Below are positions 56,193 to 64,000 of a stretch of DNA of 64,000 bases, in pieces (position 1 is the first letter of the stretch; each line of letters starts with the position of its first letter). Position numbers and translations under genes: made by a program. Under the pieces are notes generated by a model. It ran no database searches and had not been told where the DNA came from. It saw only the letters and a program-made list of their open reading frames with translations. This DNA comes from Dimorphilus gyrociliatus (taxonomy: Eukaryota > Animalia > Annelida), in the NCBI GenBank assembly GCA_904063045.1, contig CAJFCJ010000024.1, positions 674,165-738,164 of the forward strand. The letters run 5' to 3'.

Positions 56193-58860
56193 TTAAATAT
56201 GTTGATCCTCATCAATTTTTAATTGTTGTCCTCCAGGTTGATTGCTCGATTGATACTATAAATGCGATAGAATGGTATTAGTTTGTTTTTATATATTCTG
56301 CAAAACATATCTATATTTACCCTTCCTTTATACTTAAAGTAAAGAATTTCACCAATTCCAACAAAAAGTGACATAACTAAACCAACAGAAATGAGTATTA
56401 ATGCTCCTTTGAATATCTAAAAGAAAAAGGTATGATTAGATAAGGAAAGTTATTTCTAATAAAATTTTGGTATAGTTACACTAAGATCTATTCGTTTCGG
56501 CTCATTTAATTCTGTCATAGATATTCTTACATGATTTTCTTGTTCCTAGAATTGTATTTAAAAGATTAAATATACAGTACTATAAACATTTTCTTCGAAG
56601 TAATTTTGCTAGAATAATATCTACCCGATTGATAATTGCGCAGTGGGTTAATCCTTCAAACCAAATAGTTTCCAAATCTAATAATTCACCCGATTCTTTA
56701 ATCTATTTTTATCGGGAAAGTCGTTTATAAATCGAATAACTTAAAACTTTCAAACTCATACTAACACTTAACAAAAACTTATTCAATTTATCTCTTGTAT
56801 CTTTGTCTATATTCTGTGGAAGAGCAATTCCTATATCCCTTGTATGAATCTCTCTAGGAACCACTGCAAAATCACATCGTTTTGCATTGTTTGCTTGATA
56901 TCGTGCAGTTCCAGTTTCTATTATCAATGCGAATTTCTTCAAAAACAAAGAGAAGAGTTTAGTGAAAACATTAAAGAAAATAAATTCAATTCTAACCTTT
57001 GTCTTATTATTCTCCATCACGTGCATTGCTTGTGCCATTGAATTAAATAAATACTTTGCTCCTCTCTTTTCATCTTGCCAGTAAGCCATCATTAGCTGAG
57101 CTGTGCTGTCAAGCCTCAAGCTTCTCTTTAAATAGTAATATTAATAAATATTGGCTAAAGAGCACAAGTTAATATACGCATATATAAAACAAAAATTTTA
57201 CCTGTTTTATATAGTTATAAGTTGCTCCTCCGTGAATTACTCCATAGTCAAATTTATTGCTTCCAACAAGGTGATAAATATCGTAAACTTCAGGTTTAGT
57301 AAAATCCTTATACTGTGAATGTATGGTTATATACAGTCATAAATTATTTGGATAAAAAGCAATAAAAAATCAATTATTGTTATATACTTACATGGGCAGT
57401 ACTTGCCCAAAACAGATTATTTACAAGTGCTCCAGTATAAGTTACTATTGTCAAAGTTACAAACATAAACCAGAAAGCTGAAAGTACTTTTGAAGATAAG
57501 GAACGAGGACTTCTCTCGTATCCTTGCCATTGCAGCGTGGTATAAGCGAACCACAGAGAACCAGTAAAGTTAAATGACTGGGCTTGATATTCAGTAGCTC
57601 TTCCCAAATCATATCTTAAACCCCATTCGTATGGATTATACCTATTCATTCCCCACAACAATAGACTAACCTAAAAGAGTTGCATAATATAAATAGAGTT
57701 TGAGAAGGGTTATTTACTAAAAGAGAAAAAAATTACCGCAAGAAAGCCAATTGCGCACGAAAACCATACAGATACTTCGAAAGGTGTAAAAATGTTAAAT
57801 GTATAAGAGTATTCGTTCTCAAAATGGTCTTGGGTATAAGCTTTTCTTGCTAGAATAGATATACCACTTCGATGAATGGGAATTGAAAAATCAATAACTT
57901 TTTCTCTTCTAGCAGATATAGTTAATGGTACGGCCATACACTAATTGCAATTAAGAAAATAATTTCATTTACTTATAAAATAATTAATTCTTTTACAATA
58001 GATATTTCATTTAAACATACCGCTTCACCTCTAGCAACTCTCCCTATCATGCCTTTCCAATTTTCTGGTTTAGAATCATCAGCATCAGGATTTTTCAGTC
58101 TGCCATATCTGAAAGAAGAATAAACATACGAAATTGAATTTTCTTAAGTTACTTATTTTCAATGCAAATATTACTAACCCGCCATCTTCATTCAATTGAT
58201 ACTTTATTTTTATGTTCAATTTTTCCTTCATTCTGGTAAAGATATCGACAATAAATCCGGTTGGTTCACTATCTTTATCATTTTTCATAATGTAAGGTGG
58301 ATCCTACATGCGTTAATTTCATTTTGATTAATACTATAAATGTATATTGAGTTTATTCGAAACTTACATGCATATATATCACCTTAACCTCTTCATTCGG
58401 TTTTAGAGTACCTTATCAATTAAAAAAAGGGAAAGAAAATTATTCTCTATTATTTTAGTATATATACATTTCCTATTGCAGGTTTTTCATTTGCAAGTAA
58501 TTATTAATTGAGTTAGAGAATGTTAATCATTTTAATCATCAATCTTTATTATTCTCTAATAAAACAATGCATTTTTTTTTACTTTCTTTCTTTTGCTCTT
58601 TAAGGTCAGTTTAATTTTTCACCACGTTAACAGTAGATATCATTTTGTTGTTGATGAAATTACGTTGTAAAAAAAATCATTTGTAGAGGTATGTTTATTC
58701 AGACGGAAATCGATTAGCATATATCACCATGGAAGAATAGAATGCAAAATCTTCTTCTTACTTATTGCTCGTTAAGCATTTTAGTAAATTACTTACATGT
58801 TATTTTGGTATGACAAAGAAGAAATTGCGTTGAGACAAGTAAAAGGATAGTCTGAAGCAT
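56193..58860 (-). CDS. Ionotropic glutamate receptor-like subunit lacking the amino-terminal domain; the 3' end is approximate
   Basis: The signal exon 58860-58797 (MLQTILLLVSTQFLLCHTKIT) splices to S1 (EVKVIYMH|DPPYIM, GFIVDI, WKGMIG, PLTISARREKVIDFS). Then M1, M2 (SLWFAYTTLQWQG), M3 (TYTGALVNNL), S2 (YGVIHGGAT, IIETGT, IKESGELLDLETIW) and M4 (IFKGAFILISVGL). Confidence 0.9.
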
Positions 58861-59238
58861 TTTAACGCCGGATGTGAAACGACAAATGACTAAAGGAAAT
58901 AGAGTTCCAGCAAAGTGCAGTGTCCTATGAGGTTCATTAATTCTATTTTACCCCAGGAGGCGCGGGAAATAAATTATACATTATCCTATGTACATATTTG
59001 TCCTATTACATTTACTTCTTATGCATGCGTAGTACACATACTACAGTCCCTTTTTATCGTCAATATGTATACTGTCAATCAGATATCCTAAGGGTGTTTT
59101 CTCACTAAACTAAACTTAAAATAATCCAAAAAACAGATGAGGAAATTTTTATTAAACAGCTTTAAACAGATTAACATAACAATAAAGTGTAATAAATTAT
59201 TATTATTCCAATATTTAGTTTCATTTTATATATATTTA

Positions 59239-60625
59239 TTATTGATCATCTATAAATTTCCAAAATTTCAACATTCCATCATCGCTACAACTTGCCAGAA
59301 TATTCTCTTCAATAGGATTCCACGCAGCGCAATTAACATCCTCTTTGTGAGCATCATATTCTTTAGCTACCATTTCTAACGATAATCCACCTTCATTTTC
59401 AACACCATCTGTTTGACATTTTCGAAATACTCTAATTGCATTATCACCACAAGCGGTTAAAATTAAATCTGTCTTGTGACACCTGAAATATTAACAACTT
59501 TTACAAATCGATCAATCTTAGAATTTTCATCTGCATTGTTTTTTTCTTTAATATGTAGTTAAGAAATTATATAATATTTCTTACCAGTCAACGGAATATA
59601 CAGGTCGGTCGTGATATCCACTTAAAGTACAAACACATTTCCATATAGCGTTGTTTGAACCTATTGATGGTTTAAATTCTTTCCAAAGTTTTACTGTCCT
59701 ATCATCTCCACAAGATACTAAGGTATTACCGTCTTCTGACCAATCTACACACCAGACGGTAGAGGAATGACCTTCCATTGTGCAAAATGATATCCATTCG
59801 TCACCACTTGGTTTGTATAATTTAATTGTATCGTCATAGCTAGCAGAAGCGAAAATATCATCATTTGGATGAAATTTTACACATTTAACATCTTGACTGT
59901 GAGAATTCATTACTGATGAACACTCAAAAGCCTCATCTTCATCAACTGTTAAAGAGGATCAACATTCAAAATTAAAATAGGAACGCATATTTCTTTTTTA
60001 TCTTATTTTTGCAAATACTACTGAAATTTGTTTATAGGCTTTGTTATCAAATCTTATCAGTATTATATCATCAATTTTAGTTTTCGGAAATGATTCTTGA
60101 ATTGTATCATTATTTTTTGAAATTATTATAGTAAAGAGATAAAGAAACAAACTTACTTTCCCAAACCCACACACTTTTATCTCTACTGCAGGTAGCTAAA
60201 AAATTTCCCGAGCTTGACCAACTAACACTCTTGACCTCATTCTCATGGCCTTCCAATGTTGCAATGCATTCCCAGTTTTCTCTTTTTACCCAAATACAGA
60301 CGGTCGCATCAAAACTAGCTGACGCAAGGAATTTTCCATCTTTCGACCAACTAATACTTCTTATCGTTCTTGTATGACTTCCTTCCAATACATTAATACA
60401 AACGTATTTATCGTCATCTGAAATACAATTTCATCTTTTGTCGCTCAAATTTAACGTGAAGTTTGACAATAAAACACACAAATTTAAAATACCTCCCCGT
60501 TGCCACAATTTAATCTTTTTATCTGAACCACAAGATGCTAAAATTGTTCCTGATGGATTCCAACAGGTAAACCATATTTTATCATTTAAACTTTCAAATG
60601 TTTGTAAGCATTGTAAGCGCGGCAT
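59239..60625 (-). CDS. CIAO1: Cytosolic iron-sulfur assembly protein CIAO1/Cia1 (WD40)
   Basis: [104 protein letters not shown]...LASCSDDG. Four coding exons. Confidence 0.97.
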
Positions 60626-60708
60626 GTTTCGGCTTCCGTAAAATCTAAACTGGTAGAGTTTAGCAAACTGGTGTACTTCACATGTTTATCGTAGTTTAAC
60701 GAAAAATT
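60626..60708. promoter_or_regulatory. Putative bidirectional promoter between CIAO1 and taxilin
   Basis: Only 83 bp separate the two divergently oriented start codons. Confidence 0.75.
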
Positions 60709-63682
60709 ATGGCAGAAGTAAAGCATACCGAAAATTTTCAAGTATGTTTTTTATCTATTATTATTTATTATTTCATTCTATAAATTAGAAGAATGTACTT
60801 TTAATGTGATAAACATAACCGTTAATTAATCTGACTGACCCAAGAGATATCAGCGATAAGTAAAATGTTTGCGATTTTCGCTTAGCTTTTTAATTTCATA
60901 ACCATGCCTGATTTTAGCAGCCTACCGAAGAGAATGCTGATGTTAAAGATGCTAAAGAATTATCAAATCCCAAAGAAAGTCCTGACAGAGCGGTAAAATC
61001 ACATAAAAAAAACGGAGCCGATAGTAAAGATTCAACGGTTTCGGCTGGTTCAAAGAAAACCAAAGCTGACAAGAAAGTGGGTTAGTATACTTTACACACA
61101 TTTTATTCTAGTAAACCTTTCCACGAAGGAGGTATGTTAGAGATGTCGTCGTTTCGAATTAGCGAGTGAACCGATAAGAGAGGGATGAATTGAGAATTTC
61201 ATTTAATTTTCTAGTGGCCATTTAAAAGTCCATGTCATGATTCAGAAAAGTAATTGCATATATATTAACACTAATTCATTATTCTTTAAAAAAACCTTAA
61301 AATTTGTGTTATCAACATAATAAATTCCTTTCTTTCGATAAATTATAAACTTAACATAGAAACCTAATTTTTATAAAAGTATTAAACAGGTGAAAACATT
61401 TGAAATGTTTGATATTTTCTCTCGTTCCTCTCTCTTCTCTCTCTCCCCTCCCCTTTCGCTATCCCTATTGTCTATTTATATTTTACATTAAGGAACCAAA
61501 GGAAAAGTATTAGGCTATCGTTTAAAGTCAGATGGCTGAAAATGACGAACGTTTTATGTTTTTATAACAAGAATGCAAGTTTTCGTCTATTTATATTGAG
61601 AAATAAAAAGCTTAATATTTTGATGGGTACAAAAATAATATTTCCACCCCCTCACGCCCCAATTGGCTTATTCAAAGAAATCTGTTTTCTCTTTTCTTGT
61701 GTTCTTTTTTTTTTCCAAATTTCAAACACGGCGAAAGAGAATTTTTTATACAAATACTAGGTGGCTACGTGACATGAAATTGTTATTTTATTTTGAAATT
61801 ATATATTAATATATGTATTAATATAAATATTATATATATATATACATTAGACTTACACTTTAAAGTAACTATATGCCCATAACGAATAATCCAAGTTATT
61901 TTATATTAATTATAGCTAATCATACAAGTTGAGGGAAGATAGATTTAAATTTGAAATATGAAGTACTACCAATGTATTTAGTTTATTTGGTCTTGTTTTA
62001 TTTATCTAGAACGTATTAAGTCTACTGAAAATACAATCCGGTTTACATATGATAGAAATGTCAACTAAACTTGTTTAGACAGATTTACAGTTCTAGTCGG
62101 AAAAACCAATATGCCATTTATCGTATACAGTCAAGTTTTTATATTTTTTTATACTTTCTATTTTTATTTGCGATTAACTTCAATTAAATATCAATTAATA
62201 ATTAATAACAAGGTATACAGAATTATAATTCTGACTGTTTCTATTTTTTTTGCTAGTGCCTTCGATATATTCTAAATAACCATAATAATAAAAGAACGAA
62301 AATAAAGAGAAACTTGACTAGGCTTATTAAGCAAATGTTCTAAAAACAGATTTGATTTCATTATTAGTTTATTGTTTAGTTTATTATAATGTTTTATTCA
62401 TATTTTGCTTTCAGCTGAAGTTATAAAGGGTCTTTCTGGTCTTTCGACGACGGAGGAGAAGCTAACAGCCTTATGTAAAAAATATACAGAACTTGCTGAA
62501 GAAAATCGCACTTTGATGCATAAACAAAAAGTTAATACCAAGAAGCTAGCAACAGTCACTAAAGAGAAAGAACAGGCTCAGGCGGAGCATGGAAAAGCTG
62601 TACTTGCCAAAGGTCAATTGGAAGGTTTATGTCGCGAACTACAGAGAAGATGTAAAGAGGCAAAAGAAGAAACGCTGCATGAAGTTCGATCAGAAGAGGA
62701 GAAAAGAAAAAAGATAGTTGATACTTTTCAAACAACTATAAATGAGATTCAAGGCCAAATAAATGGTCATCAAGAAACAAATATAAAACTGAGAGAAGAA
62801 AATATCAAACTCGCTGAACAATTAAAAAGTTTAATAAATCAGTATGAAGAAAGAGAAAAGGTTGGTTAAAATATAAACTGCAAATGTATTAAAAACTCAA
62901 ATATAATTAATACTTTTATATTAGCATATAGAAGAAATATTGAAACATCGCGAACTAGAAAAACAACTCTCCGATGCAAAAAATGCTCAAATTTTGTTAC
63001 AATTAGCTCAAGAGCAAGAAAACAAGCGTAAAATATTGGAAGAATTGGAAAATAATTTGAGGCGAATAGCGTTAATGGAAGAACATGAAAAACAACTCAA
63101 AGCCCAAGTAGATAGAATTTAAATCTTTATTTTGTTGTTAAACAATTACATAAAATTTACTTTACCTAGATCAAAATGTACACCGAAAAATACGAAGAGT
63201 TCCAAGGAACCTTAACAAATAGTAATGAGGTTTTGAAAGCGTTTAAGGCTGAAATGGACGCTATGACTAAACGTATGCGAAAGATGGAGAAGGATGCAGT
63301 ATCATGGAAAACTAGATGGGAGAATAGTAATAAGACTCTGATACAAATGGCTGAAGAAAAAACTAGGCAGGACAAAGAAGCTCTTCTTTCCCAATCAAGA
63401 ATTAATAAACTTGAAAGTTTATGCAGAGCTTTACAAGCCGAAAGATACAAGCTTGCTAAAAAAGATCAAGTGCCGAAAGAGGAGGTTACTGAAGAAGCCA
63501 AAAAAGATAATGAAGAAAATGAAGAACAAACTTCAGAGAGTCTTGAACCTCCTAATAGTGAAAATAATTCGAAAAATGATGAAAATGATGATAACAAAGA
63601 AAACGAAGAAGAAACTGGTAAAGAGAAAGAAGAAACTCCAAAACCAGTTGAAGATGAAAATGTTCATACTGAACAAAACTAA
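60709..63682 (+). CDS. Taxilin family coiled-coil protein
   Basis: A short first exon 60709-60741 (MAEVKHTENFQ) is followed by exons carrying the taxilin motifs KGQLEGLCRELQ, REENIKLAEQLK.LI.QYEERE, MYTEKYEEFQGTLTNSNEV..FK.EM.AM.KRMRKMEK and LESLCRALQ. Confidence 0.93.
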
Positions 63683-64000
63683 AAAAGATATAAGCATTCA
63701 ATAAGAAAAATCTCATTTGTTTTATACTTTACTGTATAAAGTTATCAAATGTTTTAATTTTAAAATCTTCTAGAAATGGATATTAAGTAAATAAAGTATT
63801 TCTTTTACTACCATATTATATCGTCATCTTAAAAATAAGTTCCCCTATTTTTCTTTTCCTATATTTATATTTATATATCTTTTTGTTTATTTTTTTTTTG
63901 TTGTTTTTGTCTCTTTTATTTTTAAAGAGAGAATAGATAATAGTCCTTTTTCACCTGTCTTTTTCACTCTTTTAAAAAGCCTATATATAGAATAATTATT

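Overview
AT-rich, gene-dense animal genomic DNA with many very short (about 50-70 nt) GT-AG introns. The gene content and compaction suggest a protostome, probably a spiralian such as a compact-genome annelid; this is an inference. The standout is the first 9.5 kb, a cluster of three Hedgehog-type Hog (Hint + sterol-recognition region) genes. The intact member (1782-3233, minus strand) has an intronless CDS. It joins signal peptide, MMP pro-domain and a complete matrix metalloproteinase catalytic domain directly to a Hog autoprocessing domain that keeps all four known catalytic residues. It is therefore a predicted self-cleaving, sterol-anchored secreted protease. A second Hog gene runs off the left edge. 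A third is a pseudogene whose N-terminal remnant resembles the end of an astacin domain. The rest of the window holds: a CAP-EGF-ShKT-GPI gene with a decayed copy; a SEC14-like CRAL-TRIO/GOLD gene; a coiled-coil/death-domain gene; an NRF-6-like acyltransferase; a 3-Ig GPI-anchored gene with a TRPV-like channel nested antisense in one intron; the nuclear receptor dissatisfaction (NR2E family); a 106-aa acidic microprotein ending in a kinase subdomain XI-like tail; Scm; a KIAA1143 homolog; an iGluR lacking the amino-terminal domain; and CIAO1 head-to-head with taxilin. All exon models were built by hand from splice signals and frame continuity. No database searches were run.
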